Notes: generated by a model from the letters alone, not told the origin. 64,000 nucleotides of DNA from Thermoplasmatota archaeon (GCA_048569615.1 JBLIRK010000001.1:18896-82895); one strand, 5' to 3'. Positions 18,136-28,709 are shown, counted from the first letter of the stretch. Made by a program: numbers and translations.

Positions 18136-19419
18136 CTATTCCGATGGGGTTTCCCCGCTATCAGTACGGTCCTTGAAATCGACCTCCTTTTCGATTACGA
18201 AGGATCCTATGTAGTCGCACCTCTTGCAGTGATAGACATATCCAGTTATGAAACCAGACTCGTAATAGAGTTCGGTACCACCGCATTCGGGGCATTGATG
18301 CACTATCATCCTGCCGGAGCCTCCGGGCATATTTTCCAGCTGTGCGCCGATCTCCTCAGCCTCTTCCCTGCCGATGAGGTCGCGTCCCCTGGTGAGGCCG
18401 GGTTTATGTCCCTTCTCGATCTCCTCGGTTTCGGCCCTCCTCATACTTGACACTGTGATCTTGGATAGCTCGAAGTAGAGCTTTCCCAGATCCTCCTCCG
18501 GCCCGAACAGTACTATATCCCTGTTCTCGTCATTGATGATCATGGCCGGCTCATCCCGGCCGATCTTGAAATAGACCACGGCCGCAGCAAATAATGTGAT
18601 CATGGCGACGACGGCTCCAATGAAGAGGTCGAGCTGTGTGTTGGTATGGTAGTATTCAGGACCCCACTCGATCTTGATCCTGTGCTCCCCGGCGGCAATT
18701 CCGTCGGGCAGCCTTATAATGATCCTGCACCCCTTGTCGTTCACGCTTTCTCCGCTCTGCATGTTCCTGGCATCGCCCAGCTCCATTCTGTCCAGCAGGA
18801 TATCATAGGATGTCTTTCCGGTGTTAAAATCCTTGACGGTTAATGAAAAGCTCTCCCTTTCCGCCACCTTTCTCTGGTCATCCAGCACCACCATCTCGAC
18901 GTACCTGACAGTATGTCTGCTCCCGGAATCGAAGGTGATCCTGAGATGGCTGATGCCCTTGATCTTCAATTCATTCGCATCTCCCATCCACATTATGTTC
19001 AGGTCCAGACTCCGGGGGATGCTCTCCTCGATGGAGATAACGTCCCAGTAATCCTCGGCGTTGTATTCAACGCTGTTTTCCAGGTTAATATAATTCGAGC
19101 TTCCGGAGAATAAATATATCGGCGATAGGGGAGCTCCGGTTTCGTTTACGAAGGGTCTGAGATTATTCTGAGAGAGCTCCAGATAGGGGTCCGATTCGTC
19201 CTCGCTTCCGAAGAGGTATTGAACCGCAGCGAACAGGACCACCCCGGCCATGATGATGACAAACAGTATTATTATGACCTTGAGTGTCGGCATCCTCCTC
19301 CTCTTTCCCAGAGTGGCCCCCCTAACCCTGACCTCCTCACCGTCCAGAAGGAATCTTTTTCCCTTCAGCCGGACCTTCACTTCCCTGTCCTCCCTGATAA
19401 GGTCCATCTCGATCTTCAT
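18136..19419 (-). CDS. Bitopic or polytopic membrane protein with an extracellular middle domain and a C-terminal cytoplasmic zinc ribbon
   Basis: TMs VIIILFVIIMAGVVLFAAVQYLF and LFIGAVVAMITLFAAAVVYF. C-terminus HQCPECGGTELYYESGFITGYVYHCKRCDY. Start overlaps the upstream LarC-like gene by 4 nt. Confidence 0.5.
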   Translation of the reverse strand: MKIEMDLIREDREVKVRLKGKRFLLDGEEVRVRGATLGKRRRMPTLKVIIILFVIIMAGVVLFAAVQYLFGSEDESDPYLELSQNNLRPFVNETGAPLSPIYLFSGSSNYINLENSVEYNAEDYWDVISIEESIPRSLDLNIMWMGDANELKIKGISHLRITFDSGSRHTVRYVEMVVLDDQRKVAERESFSLTVKDFNTGKTSYDILLDRMELGDARNMQSGESVNDKGCRIIIRLPDGIAAGEHRIKIEWGPEYYHTNTQLDLFIGAVVAMITLFAAAVVYFKIGRDEPAMIINDENRDIVLFGPEEDLGKLYFELSKITVSSMRRAETEEIEKGHKPGLTRGRDLIGREEAEEIGAQLENMPGGSGRMIVHQCPECGGTELYYESGFITGYVYHCKRCDYIGSFVIEKEVDFKDRTDSGETPSE

Positions 19420-20192
19420 CTATCGCCCACCTCGTATATTGCTAGGGTATTGGAGAAACCACCGTCGTAGACGCGACTCCCGGCTCCGGACCCGACCCTC
19501 CTCCAGGTATCGGGAATCGTGCCCGGAACCTCGCCTTCCTGCAGCCATATCTCGACAAGGGTGTTTACCGCCGCCATTCCAGTGGGTGTTGCGAGTTCGC
19601 CCTCGACCGGGCCGGTCCTCCATGTCACGGACCTCAGCATGTGCCTTACCGCGGGAACAGGTATGTCGTAGATGCCGTGGGCGGTCGTGATCACACCCTT
19701 TCCCAGGGAAACTGGAGTGGCTTTCACCCAGTATCCGTCCACCTCGAGATCGTCGCAGAATTTGGCGATCCCGAGAACGTCAACCAGGGTGTCGGGGGTT
19801 CCAGCCTCGTGCAAGTGGACATCCCGAATTGAGGCCTCGTTGTGTACCGCAGCCTCGGCCTCCAGAATGTTCATGAGCATCCTTCTTGAAAGCCTCCTCG
19901 TCCTGTCGTTGAGGTCCATGATTTCCATACCCTTCTCCAGGTAACCGAGCATCTCGCTGCCGCTGCAGGTCCGTTTTTCCAGTTCGTCCCATTCTACATG
20001 GAGTTTTCTGGCAACTATACCGTTCCTGGAATCCGTATGAGCAACGATCCTCGTGGGGCTCTGGACCGACGCGGCCTCCTCAAGTATCTTGATATTCTCT
20101 TTCCCAACGGTGGACCTCATCGACCAGTCGACCAGGGCGGAAAGGAGCATGTCCCCCGAAACGCCGCAGCGGAGGTCGAAGAACAGGTCCAT
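19416..20192 (-). CDS. larC: LarC N-terminal domain (DUF111/UPF0272) homologue, a nickel-insertion (CTP-dependent) protein of the nickel-pincer cofactor pathway, covering the N-domain only
   Basis: Signature N-terminus MDLFFDLRCGVSGDMLLSALVD (GxSGDMxLxAL). Its 258 aa corresponds to the LarC1 portion. No LarC2-like domain is adjacent. Confidence 0.55.
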   Translation of the reverse strand: MDLFFDLRCGVSGDMLLSALVDWSMRSTVGKENIKILEEAASVQSPTRIVAHTDSRNGIVARKLHVEWDELEKRTCSGSEMLGYLEKGMEIMDLNDRTRRLSRRMLMNILEAEAAVHNEASIRDVHLHEAGTPDTLVDVLGIAKFCDDLEVDGYWVKATPVSLGKGVITTAHGIYDIPVPAVRHMLRSVTWRTGPVEGELATPTGMAAVNTLVEIWLQEGEVPGTIPDTWRRVGSGAGSRVYDGGFSNTLAIYEVGDR

Positions 20193-21029
20193 TTACCTCT
20201 TCCTCCTCCTCGCCGATCTGGAAACAGGCTCCTGGACAGGCTCCTCCTTTTTCTTCCCCGACCTTCTGATCATTATTGCGGCAACTAAAACGACCGCCGC
20301 TCCGGAGGCAAGGAGGATAACCAGAATCGCAGTGTTCCCGTTCCCGTTCTCCCCGTTGTCACCTTCATATTTATATTTCGAGAAAGGCAGCTGGAGCCAC
20401 GAATGGAATCCCTTGTTGCCGCAGTAGATCGTAAGGGTGGAATCAAGCTCGTCCTCCCTTGAGAGGGTGATCCTGATCCTGCCCCCCTCCTTTCCATCGA
20501 ATTTCTCCAGCTCGGAAATGTCAACCTGAATGGTCCCCTCCTTCACCCGGGGCTCCGAATCAGCAAGCCCCCCTATCTCGAAATAGAGCTCCTGGTCGTA
20601 GTCTCCGTCATGCTGGTAGTCCAGCTCTATCCTGACCCCGAGTCTGTAATTGAGGTCCGGCTGGAGGTCCGGGGCTATGGCGGAGATGGTGAAATTGTAC
20701 CGCAGCTGCAGCGTAGAGTTGGGTTCGAACTGCAAGAAATTGCTGTTGGGGTCCTGGGGATAGAAAAGCATCACGGTATCGTTCCCGCTCCCCTTCTGGA
20801 AGAGGGTCTTCCTGTATCCGAGGTCGTCGAAGCTGTCGTTGTAGTACTTCCCCTCAGGAGGGTGGAAATAGAGGTAGGTATCGTCCTGCACCGGGGACCT
20901 CCTGATATAGAGATGAAGAGGCTCCCCTTCTTTTACGGTCAGACCCGCCGGCTGAGCACCCGAAACCATCATGGGGAGAATGCATAGAATCAGTACCCCC
21001 GCCATTGCTTCCGTTTTCCTTATTTTCAT
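20193..21029 (-). CDS. Secreted protein with a C-terminal TM anchor and an Arg/Lys-rich tail
   Basis: Signal peptide MAGVLILCILPMMVSGAQP. TM AILVILLASGAAVVLVAAIMI, then RRSGKKKEEP...RRRKR. Confidence 0.45.
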   Translation of the reverse strand: MKIRKTEAMAGVLILCILPMMVSGAQPAGLTVKEGEPLHLYIRRSPVQDDTYLYFHPPEGKYYNDSFDDLGYRKTLFQKGSGNDTVMLFYPQDPNSNFLQFEPNSTLQLRYNFTISAIAPDLQPDLNYRLGVRIELDYQHDGDYDQELYFEIGGLADSEPRVKEGTIQVDISELEKFDGKEGGRIRITLSREDELDSTLTIYCGNKGFHSWLQLPFSKYKYEGDNGENGNGNTAILVILLASGAAVVLVAAIMIRRSGKKKEEPVQEPVSRSARRRKR

Positions 21030-21042
21030 TATATCTCCTCCT

Positions 21043-21891
21043 TCACCTGATGCATTCGTTTACCGGGATGAGCACACCGCTCCGGTCCCTGTGACCCTTT
21101 CCGAACTCCTTCAATTCCCTCACATGCCCATCGGTGAACACGGGACCGTCCATGCAGACGCGCTTCCCGGACACGGAGCAGGAATCGCAAATGCCGATAC
21201 CGCATTTCATGTATCGCTCCAGGGAGAACTGGCCTCTGACAGAGTACTCCTCCAGTATGGGCAGGACGGCCTTCATCATCATCTCCGGACCGCATGTCAG
21301 GACCAGGGTCCTGTCTCTGATCTCGAGCTTGTCAAGCTCTTCCCTCAACAGATCGGTCACGAAGCCTTTCTCACCTGCGGACCCGTCATCGGTGGAGAGC
21401 CTGAACCTGCCGGAGATATTCCTCCACCTCTCTTCAAAGAGCAGCAGTCCCTTTGACCTGGCCCCTACAAGGTTGAGTGTCTCGATGCCCCGATTCTTCG
21501 CCTCCTCCATTGCGAGCACCGTGGAGGCGCCCCCAACTCCCCCGGACACCCCTATGATCAAGTCTATGTCCGCCGGTTCCGGTATGAGAAAACCGTTCCC
21601 GTAGGGACCCCGTATTCCTATCTTGGCCCCCCTTTCTAGGGAGCAGATGGCATTTGTGGCTTCCCCCACGTCCTGAACTGTTATGCCCAGCTTGAAAGGA
21701 GCCGAGAGCTTGTATGATACGGACATGGGCACCTCGTCGATCCCGGGCACCCAGACCATCAGGAACTGACCGGGAGCCATGCTCTCCCACTTCCCGTGGT
21801 CCCGGGGAGAAAGGAAGATCGTGCCGATGTCTTCGGCCTCCTTCCTGGTCTCCACCACTTCCAGGACCTCCATCCTTCCGGGGGACCTCAT
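21043..21891 (-). CDS. pyrK: Dihydroorotate dehydrogenase electron-transfer subunit (FAD/NAD-binding, C-terminal 2Fe-2S)
   Basis: Ferredoxin-reductase-like fold. C-terminal CGIGICDSCSV cluster motif. 4-nt overlap with pyrD. Confidence 0.85.
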   Translation of the reverse strand: MRSPGRMEVLEVVETRKEAEDIGTIFLSPRDHGKWESMAPGQFLMVWVPGIDEVPMSVSYKLSAPFKLGITVQDVGEATNAICSLERGAKIGIRGPYGNGFLIPEPADIDLIIGVSGGVGGASTVLAMEEAKNRGIETLNLVGARSKGLLLFEERWRNISGRFRLSTDDGSAGEKGFVTDLLREELDKLEIRDRTLVLTCGPEMMMKAVLPILEEYSVRGQFSLERYMKCGIGICDSCSVSGKRVCMDGPVFTDGHVRELKEFGKGHRDRSGVLIPVNECIR

Positions 21892-22826
21892 TCCTCCACC
21901 TCCAGAGCAGCCCCGACCACATCTTCGATTGATGACAGGTCATTTTGTTCAAGATAGGAGACAAACCCCTTCCTGATGCTGTTGAATATATCCAGGTCGG
22001 ACCAGGTTACAGCCGTCCCTATCTGGACGGCTGATGCTCCCGCCATCAGATACTGGAGCGCATCCTCCCATCCGGAGATTCCACCCGCCCCTATGACCGG
22101 TATTTTGATCTCCGGCGATCGGCATATCTCGAATACGCACCTGATCCCTATGGGCCTCAAAGCCGGTCCGGAAAGACCTCCCGTCAGATTGGTCAAGATC
22201 GGCGCCCCGGTATGGATGTCGATCTCCATGGCGGGCATGGTATTCACCGCCACTATGCCGTCCGCCCCTGCTTCCTGGGCCGCCTCGGCAAGGGACAGGA
22301 TGTTTGAAGTTGCAGGTGTGAGCTTGAAGAACAATGGCAAGTCTATCCTGGACCTGACCTCCATTATGAGCTCGTCTATGACCTCCGGGTCCTGCCCGAA
22401 CTGGAGCCCGAGGCCCTTGGCATTGGGGCAGGAGCCGTTGATCTCCACCGCGTCCACGCCTATCTCCTGGGCCCCCTTTGCAGCGAGTCCGTATTCCTCG
22501 ATGGTGGAACCGAATACCGATCCGATGACGGGGGCCCTGCTTCCGATAAGCTTCCGGTACTCCTTGATCTCGGAGCCGTATTCCTTGATGCCGGGATTCG
22601 GCAGGCCCATGGCGTTTATGAGACCGAAGGGAAGCTCCACTATGCAGGGATTGGGATGACCCTCCCTGGATTCTAGGCTGAGGGATTTCGTGACCACTGC
22701 TCCGGCCCCTCTTTTCACTGCTTCCGCCATGGAGGCCCCGGTCTCGTCTGCGATCCCGGAGGCCAGCATCAGCGGGTTCCTCAGCTTGAGTCCGGCTATC
22801 TCGGTTTCCAGTGATGGAGCGGCCAT
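21888..22826 (-). CDS. pyrD: Dihydroorotate dehydrogenase catalytic subunit (class 1B)
   Basis: MAAPSLETEIAGLKLRNPLMLASG..., ..GAGAVVTKS.., ..SCPN.., ..AVNT.., ..GGI.G... Start set at the internal ATG 22826. Confidence 0.9.
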   Translation of the reverse strand: MAAPSLETEIAGLKLRNPLMLASGIADETGASMAEAVKRGAGAVVTKSLSLESREGHPNPCIVELPFGLINAMGLPNPGIKEYGSEIKEYRKLIGSRAPVIGSVFGSTIEEYGLAAKGAQEIGVDAVEINGSCPNAKGLGLQFGQDPEVIDELIMEVRSRIDLPLFFKLTPATSNILSLAEAAQEAGADGIVAVNTMPAMEIDIHTGAPILTNLTGGLSGPALRPIGIRCVFEICRSPEIKIPVIGAGGISGWEDALQYLMAGASAVQIGTAVTWSDLDIFNSIRKGFVSYLEQNDLSSIEDVVGAALEVEE

Positions 22827-22957
22827 TTTAACCTCTGGACCATGAATGTATCGATATTTTATGATTATCTTTTCATGAAGTGGGCTGTCGGTAATGGATT
22901 GGCCTGTAGGATTTATATGGTGCTCCCCCATAACCTTCGGGATATGGGGGATTCTCG

Positions 22958-23578
22958 ATGAACAGGTTTAAGAAGTTCCTTTGGACCACCCTGATAGGAG
23001 GATTGGGGGTAATACTGCCGCTGGCCATCATTGCCTGGGTCTTTTACTGGATCTATTCGCTGATCCTTGACCTTGTGAGTCCCATTTCGGAGCCTTTGGG
23101 ACACTATATAGGTGTGAGCATTTCACTTGCGGGCATCCTGACGGTCATCATAATACTTACCGCCTCCTTTCTGCTGGGAATGGCGCTCAAGACGGAGCTG
23201 GGATACCTTTTCCATAGCAGACTTGAGGGAAAGTTCCTGAAGAAGATCCCGGGATATACCGTCACGAAGGAGGTGATCCTCCACTTCTCGGGGGAGGAGG
23301 AGGTTCCCTTCTCGGCTGTTGCCATGTGCAGCCCATTCGGGGACGGGAACGTGCTCATGACAGGTTTCATAACCGACAGGCATGCGGTCAACGGCTACGT
23401 CACGGTCTTCGTCCCGACCGGTCCCAATCCGACATCGGGAAATATCTACCATCTGCCGGTGGACAAGGTGGTGGAAATCGAGGCTTCAGTGGAAAGGGGT
23501 ATAAAGAGCGTAGTAGGTTGTGGTGCGGGTACCAAGCCCCTCATGCAGGATTACCATGCAAAGTTACATGGGAGCTGA
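22958..23578 (+). CDS. DUF502-family membrane protein
   Basis: N-terminus MNRFKKFLWTTLIGGLGVILPLAIIAWVFYWIY, and a second TM. Size and pattern fit COG2928/DUF502. Confidence 0.55.
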   Translation: MNRFKKFLWTTLIGGLGVILPLAIIAWVFYWIYSLILDLVSPISEPLGHYIGVSISLAGILTVIIILTASFLLGMALKTELGYLFHSRLEGKFLKKIPGYTVTKEVILHFSGEEEVPFSAVAMCSPFGDGNVLMTGFITDRHAVNGYVTVFVPTGPNPTSGNIYHLPVDKVVEIEASVERGIKSVVGCGAGTKPLMQDYHAKLHGS

Positions 23579-23582
23579 GAAT

Positions 23583-24077
23583 ATGGAGTGGTCAAAAGCC
23601 CATCCGGACATAAAGATCAGAAAGGCCGTTCCCAAGGATGCTGCGAAGCTCGCGGACTTCAGGGTCGGTTTCCTCAACGAATTCTTCGAGCACCCTGCCG
23701 ATGAGGAATCTGAGAGGCTCAGGGAGAACATCGCTCTCTATTACAGGGAGCACCTCGACAAAGGGGACTTCATCGCGCTTATCTGCGAGAAGGATAAAAA
23801 GCTGATAGCGTCCATCGGCATGATAATCCGTACTATGCCCCCGGTGTACGGGAACCTGATGAACGGAAAGCTCGGTTATCTGCTGAACATCCACACCCTA
23901 CCCGCATACCATGGTATGGGCATAACTGGGGAGCTCACGAGAATAATGGTCCAGGAAGCTAGGGAGCTGGATCTGGGATACATACATCTCCACACCGGAC
24001 TCGACGCGGTAAGGATCTACCAGAAGATGGGGTTTAAGGAGGTCACCGCAACGGAGCTCCGAATGGACCTGAAATGA
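23583..24077 (+). CDS. GNAT-family N-acetyltransferase
   Basis: Acetyl-CoA-binding motif A region ..LLNIHTLPAYHGMGITGELTRIM.. (Q/RxxGxG/A-like). About 165 aa. Confidence 0.7.
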   Translation: MEWSKAHPDIKIRKAVPKDAAKLADFRVGFLNEFFEHPADEESERLRENIALYYREHLDKGDFIALICEKDKKLIASIGMIIRTMPPVYGNLMNGKLGYLLNIHTLPAYHGMGITGELTRIMVQEARELDLGYIHLHTGLDAVRIYQKMGFKEVTATELRMDLK

Positions 24078-24179
24078 AGATCGTCAATTTCTCATCTCCT
24101 TCGTTGGCTCGCATTTTTATCATATTTTGAAATGTTTCCAATAATAAAGTTAATAACCCTAATACTTCTCACATTGCAC

Positions 24180-26330
24180 TTAAAAGTACCAATAGCTGTA
24201 GTCATCTTCTTCTACGGAGTTGGGTAGGTCGGTCTTACTGATCTCCATGAGAGAAGACAGCGATGTTGCTTTGACCATATTATAGGAAACCGTGTAGAGT
24301 GCATCATCGATGTAGAAGGATCTGTAGATCGTAGTAGGTCCGTATTCATCCCACCATCGACGACCTGTGATCCTGTCATCATCAGAATGGGTAATTTTAC
24401 CTCTGAGTTGAAATCCATTCTCCGGTGTCACATCGAAAACATACGCCCCTTCCCATGCAAATTCCCCGTAAGTGTTAGGGCTTACCTGGTATTTCGATAC
24501 CTCCAGTTCATACAGCTCTACGGGAATGACAAGCAGATTCCTGTGAAGACTGAACAAGAAAGCATGGGGATCATTCTGTGCAAGAGAGTAGGTTCCCCTG
24601 TCTCCTATGATATACTTTGATATCTCCTTGGGATTATTCACGTCCGTTACATCGAAAAGAGAGAGCTTGACACCCTGGAACCATGAAAATGTCCCTTCCT
24701 CGGCCAGGACCGTATCAAGACCAAGTCCAATCACATGATCATCATCATACGGATGGAGGTAATCGGAATAGCCAGGTATCTTCAATTCTCCGAGGATTAT
24801 CGGTAAGTAAGGATTGGAGAGATCGATAACAAAGAACGGATCAACTTTATCAAAGGTGACCAGATAAGCTCTTTCACCCATGAACCTGGCAGAGTATATC
24901 CTCTCTCCCGGGGCAATGTCCTTTATGCTTCCAACTATTTCGAGATCCATGTTAAGGACATAGATATGATTCCTTGCATCTCCCTCATCATACCTTGAAA
25001 CGTGACCTGTCGTTGTGGCTATTCGAAAATGATCATCATACTCTCCCATCGAGAACCTGTTCAATATATACCCCGGAACCTCGCCGCTGGCTCTGAAATT
25101 GATATAACCGCGATAGATCGATATCCTGTGTATTGCAGTCCTTTCCACATTGACATTCGTCCTATCATTGAATTCTTCCTCCTTTCCCTGCCATTGGTCA
25201 TAGAACGAGTCCATTTCCTGACGGGTAAGGTTATCCAAATAATCCCCCATAATATTGTCAATCCTTCCGATCCTTTCCGACCTGGAAAGGTCCATGTCCT
25301 TCGTTTCCTCTATAGGTATCTTTACTTCATCCGGAAGTATCGGAACCATGACCTCATCGATCTTCATCTCGATCTCCTCCACCCAGCTGATCATTTTGGT
25401 ATGGGTGATGTAAATATTGTCGAGGGAAACGTAGACCTCGGAAGACTTTCCGATCAGCATCATCCGGGTGTTCGGCGGTTCAGTGATCGAATTGATGTTA
25501 ATGGAGGTTATGCCGGTGAAGATGTAGCTTGTATCATATATGTCCGCATAGGAGATCTCATCGGCAGGAGCGGGCAGATCTGATTCATTATCTATGAGAC
25601 CGGTGTACCTCCTGGAAATTACGTAGTAATGTTCGCCTATGACCCTGGAAGTCACGTAGCTCCCTTCTATGACATCCTCCCTCAATAAAGTGGGGGTGTT
25701 CCTATCTTCGATCCGATATACATTTATGAGTATCTCGGGTTTTTCATAATGATCGTAAAAATACCAATCGTAGTAGTAATAATCGTTTCCCCTTGTCCCC
25801 ATAACGATCAGTTTATCTCCGCTCAGATAGATTTCATTTATACTGAAATCATCCATTTCAATTGTTGATACAATGCTCATTTCCTCGGCGGGATAGACGT
25901 CAAGGATGTAAACGCTCTTCCTGTCATTGGATACTATGAAAGCGTGATCACCATCGTTCTTTACAACATCCCCTTCATCAACTCCGCTCTCCTGGTTGTT
26001 TGTCGTTGAATAATCCCGAGCATCTCCCATGGATGGATCTGCTATGCAATAACAGCAATCGGCATAAGAGTCTATATAATCACGATAATAACTGGAACTG
26101 TAAAGGTTCTTATAAGTCCAATAACTGCCTTCCAGATCATCTTTCTCTTTGATGAATGATTGGAAATCATTGAAAGATCCAAAGGTTTGGAAGTCGGTCT
26201 CTTCATCACGTGGAATGATCATTTGATCCGGACTATACCTCGGGTCCTGGTCCTGAATCGATATTCCGCCTATTAGGATCGAACTGACGACCATGACCAA
26301 GACGCATGTGGAGACGATCTCTTCCTTCAT
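24180..26330 (-). CDS. Secreted beta-propeller repeat protein (716 aa)
   Basis: Signal or anchor sequence STCVLVMVVSSILIGGISI. Repeated ~45-aa units rich in Y/D/G/V through the body. No C-terminal TM. Confidence 0.5.
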   Translation of the reverse strand: MKEEIVSTCVLVMVVSSILIGGISIQDQDPRYSPDQMIIPRDEETDFQTFGSFNDFQSFIKEKDDLEGSYWTYKNLYSSSYYRDYIDSYADCCYCIADPSMGDARDYSTTNNQESGVDEGDVVKNDGDHAFIVSNDRKSVYILDVYPAEEMSIVSTIEMDDFSINEIYLSGDKLIVMGTRGNDYYYYDWYFYDHYEKPEILINVYRIEDRNTPTLLREDVIEGSYVTSRVIGEHYYVISRRYTGLIDNESDLPAPADEISYADIYDTSYIFTGITSININSITEPPNTRMMLIGKSSEVYVSLDNIYITHTKMISWVEEIEMKIDEVMVPILPDEVKIPIEETKDMDLSRSERIGRIDNIMGDYLDNLTRQEMDSFYDQWQGKEEEFNDRTNVNVERTAIHRISIYRGYINFRASGEVPGYILNRFSMGEYDDHFRIATTTGHVSRYDEGDARNHIYVLNMDLEIVGSIKDIAPGERIYSARFMGERAYLVTFDKVDPFFVIDLSNPYLPIILGELKIPGYSDYLHPYDDDHVIGLGLDTVLAEEGTFSWFQGVKLSLFDVTDVNNPKEISKYIIGDRGTYSLAQNDPHAFLFSLHRNLLVIPVELYELEVSKYQVSPNTYGEFAWEGAYVFDVTPENGFQLRGKITHSDDDRITGRRWWDEYGPTTIYRSFYIDDALYTVSYNMVKATSLSSLMEISKTDLPNSVEEDDYSYWYF

Positions 26331-26459
26331 TTCACTCCTCTCCCGGATACCAATTGGTTTCCCGGTTATAAATGAAGTGTGGAACAGATTTTACCGGTCT
26401 ATTTTAAAAAGACCTGTCCAATGCAAATGAGATGTTTCAGTTTAAGCGCAGATCCTATT

Positions 26460-26957
26460 TTAGCCGAATATGACCTGGAGCTTGAAACCGTCGGTTAAAA
26501 AATGTGTGATGATGATAACCCCTATCGCCATCATCGCTATCTTAACCGTAGGGTGGAAATTCTGCTTGACAAATGGGGCCATGAAGAACAGAAAGCTGAG
26601 CATCAATACGCCCATCGTGAAGAGTATGTCGGCGGTGTTCTGAAAGATATTTATTATGTTGTTATACCTCTCCAATGCATCCATATATTCATCATGGTCC
26701 CAATAATCGTTGGAACTTGGGGGGCTTGGATAATTTGATGCACCCATTACTATCACTGCAACCAGGATTAAAATGAACGGGAAGAAGAACAATCTCTTAT
26801 AGTTCCGCGTCAAGAAATCCCGATCTTGGAAATTTTCATTGGGGGGTGTTGATGGCGGATTCTCCCACCTGACACTCCTGCCTTCGATTGGATTAACCTT
26901 CCTTTTTCTAACTACTTTTCCATTTTCCACTTCATTCTCCTCATACATGGGATCCAC
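26460..26957 (-). CDS. Membrane protein (3 TM), hypothetical
   Basis: Three hydrophobic helices. No motif. Confidence 0.4.
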   Translation of the reverse strand: MDPMYEENEVENGKVVRKRKVNPIEGRSVRWENPPSTPPNENFQDRDFLTRNYKRLFFFPFILILVAVIVMGASNYPSPPSSNDYWDHDEYMDALERYNNIINIFQNTADILFTMGVLMLSFLFFMAPFVKQNFHPTVKIAMMAIGVIIITHFLTDGFKLQVIFG

Positions 26958-27171
26958 CTCTATCCTTGGCCGTTAAATAGATGGCTTTTCAATACAATTA
27001 TTATTTGTGGAATGATTTTTGTCGACTAATATAATATACCAAACCTATCCAATCCGAAATGGAACGAAAAAAACTCCTTACAAATTTCTTTCCAGTGGGA
27101 ACTATCTTTAATATCGCATTCAAATAATGATAATCTAGAGTATTATTCAGATAGAAATATGTATCAAGTTC

Positions 27172-28119
27172 GTGGATGTTTTCTCGGGGAAGTTGAAAAC
27201 AATGTCGAGAGCTGTTTCATTTCTTCTCATCGGTGTTTTAATGATTTCTATTTTAAACATCGAAAACAACGTTATAATTGGAGACGCCGACGCCGCTCCG
27301 GCGGAGGACCCCTCCTTCGTTATCGTGATCGAGGACATTTACGATCCCGAATTGAGATCCGACCCCTACATCCTGGAAGGAACGATGGTGGGAGCAGTGC
27401 ATATGGATTATTCCTGGGATGATGAGAGTATCCAATACCTGATCGTTGAGCTGTCGGTCTTTTGCGAAGGTTTCTCCTGCTGGATCGAACCGGATGAGAT
27501 ATTTTTCAGCAGAGCACAGAAGTTACAACGCTTCACGGTGATCATCGAGGCTCCCCTGAGCACTTCATCGAAGCTAACCAACGAGCTGAAGTTGGAGGGG
27601 AGCTGGCATTCGGATCCCGGAGAGCGTACCGGAACGATAGCTCCCGAGACCGTTCCCTTCAATGTGAAGGAGCACTACCACCACGAATTGGAGCCTGTTG
27701 ATACTTACGCCGAAGCGGATATTGGCGACACCGTGACTTTTCGATGCCTTATGATAAACAGGGGAAACGGGGATGACGTGGTGAGGGTGTATATAGTCAA
27801 TGATTATGTTTTCGAGGACCTGGGATGGACCATTGAGATAATCAACGGGACAGACCTCATCCCGGAGGGTGAGCGCAGGGAGCTGAAAGTAAAAATAACA
27901 ACCAGCAAAGCAACTCCCTCTGGTGTACATACAATGAGGCTCAGGATCGTCTCCAATGAGGCGGAGTCCAAGGGCGAAATAAGCTATGTGGTCGACCAGA
28001 ACCTCACTGTCAAGATAGGTGAAAATAAAGAATACTTAGCCTTCGGAACCCTGCCCATTATTTTTAGTCTCCTTTTCCTTCTAGGATCGTCCTCATTCAT
28101 TATTAGGAGGAGAAGATAG
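27172..28119 (+). CDS. Secreted protein with a C-terminal TM anchor ending RRRR
   Basis: Signal peptide VSFLLIGVLMISILNI. TM LAFGTLPIIFSLLFLLGSSSFII, then RRRR. Confidence 0.45.
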   Translation: MDVFSGKLKTMSRAVSFLLIGVLMISILNIENNVIIGDADAAPAEDPSFVIVIEDIYDPELRSDPYILEGTMVGAVHMDYSWDDESIQYLIVELSVFCEGFSCWIEPDEIFFSRAQKLQRFTVIIEAPLSTSSKLTNELKLEGSWHSDPGERTGTIAPETVPFNVKEHYHHELEPVDTYAEADIGDTVTFRCLMINRGNGDDVVRVYIVNDYVFEDLGWTIEIINGTDLIPEGERRELKVKITTSKATPSGVHTMRLRIVSNEAESKGEISYVVDQNLTVKIGENKEYLAFGTLPIIFSLLFLLGSSSFIIRRRR

Positions 28120-28280
28120 ATATTAATTGTATTCCTGATACGATTCCAAAGATGCCAACTGAACCCTATCATATGGAGTGACCAATACACATACCATTGA
28201 AAAACGAAAATGAACATCTCTTCCTGGATAGAACCTTTCGGTTATCACCAAAAAGCAGGACATGCAGTATTGGAATCTTC

Positions 28281-28643
28281 TCATTTCTTTCGGGGGGTCA
28301 TCCTACCGATATTGACCATTTCCTCCGCATAGGACTGCCTTCCGTTCTTCTTAATCATCTCCAATGCGGAGCCCCTGTCGGAGCCGAATATCAATGAAAA
28401 CGCCTTCGCCATCAAATTGTTCAACTGCTTGCACTCATACGGATCCGAGAATTCCCTGCAGTCCGCACATGTATGGTAACCGTGGTCGATGCAGCAGGAC
28501 CTGATCTTGCACCATGATGCTTTCTCATTCCCTGCGCATCCCTGGCATCTACCTTTCTTGAACTTCCCGCATTCACCGCAGTACAGTCCGCAGTAGGCCA
28601 CAAGGTCCTTATTCGGTTTTACCGGCACCATGTCGATCGCCAT
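28281..28643 (-). CDS. Cys-rich DUF3795-like protein (putative metal/FeS-binding)
   Basis: YCGLYCGECGKFKKGRCQGCAGN...WCKIRSCCIDHGYHTCADC. Confidence 0.55.
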   Translation of the reverse strand: MAIDMVPVKPNKDLVAYCGLYCGECGKFKKGRCQGCAGNEKASWCKIRSCCIDHGYHTCADCREFSDPYECKQLNNLMAKAFSLIFGSDRGSALEMIKKNGRQSYAEEMVNIGRMTPRKK

Positions 28644-28709
28644 TGATAGTTCCCAAGGTGTTATTTAAACAAGAATTCGGAGGGGAGCACTCCGAATGTG
28701 AAATACAAT

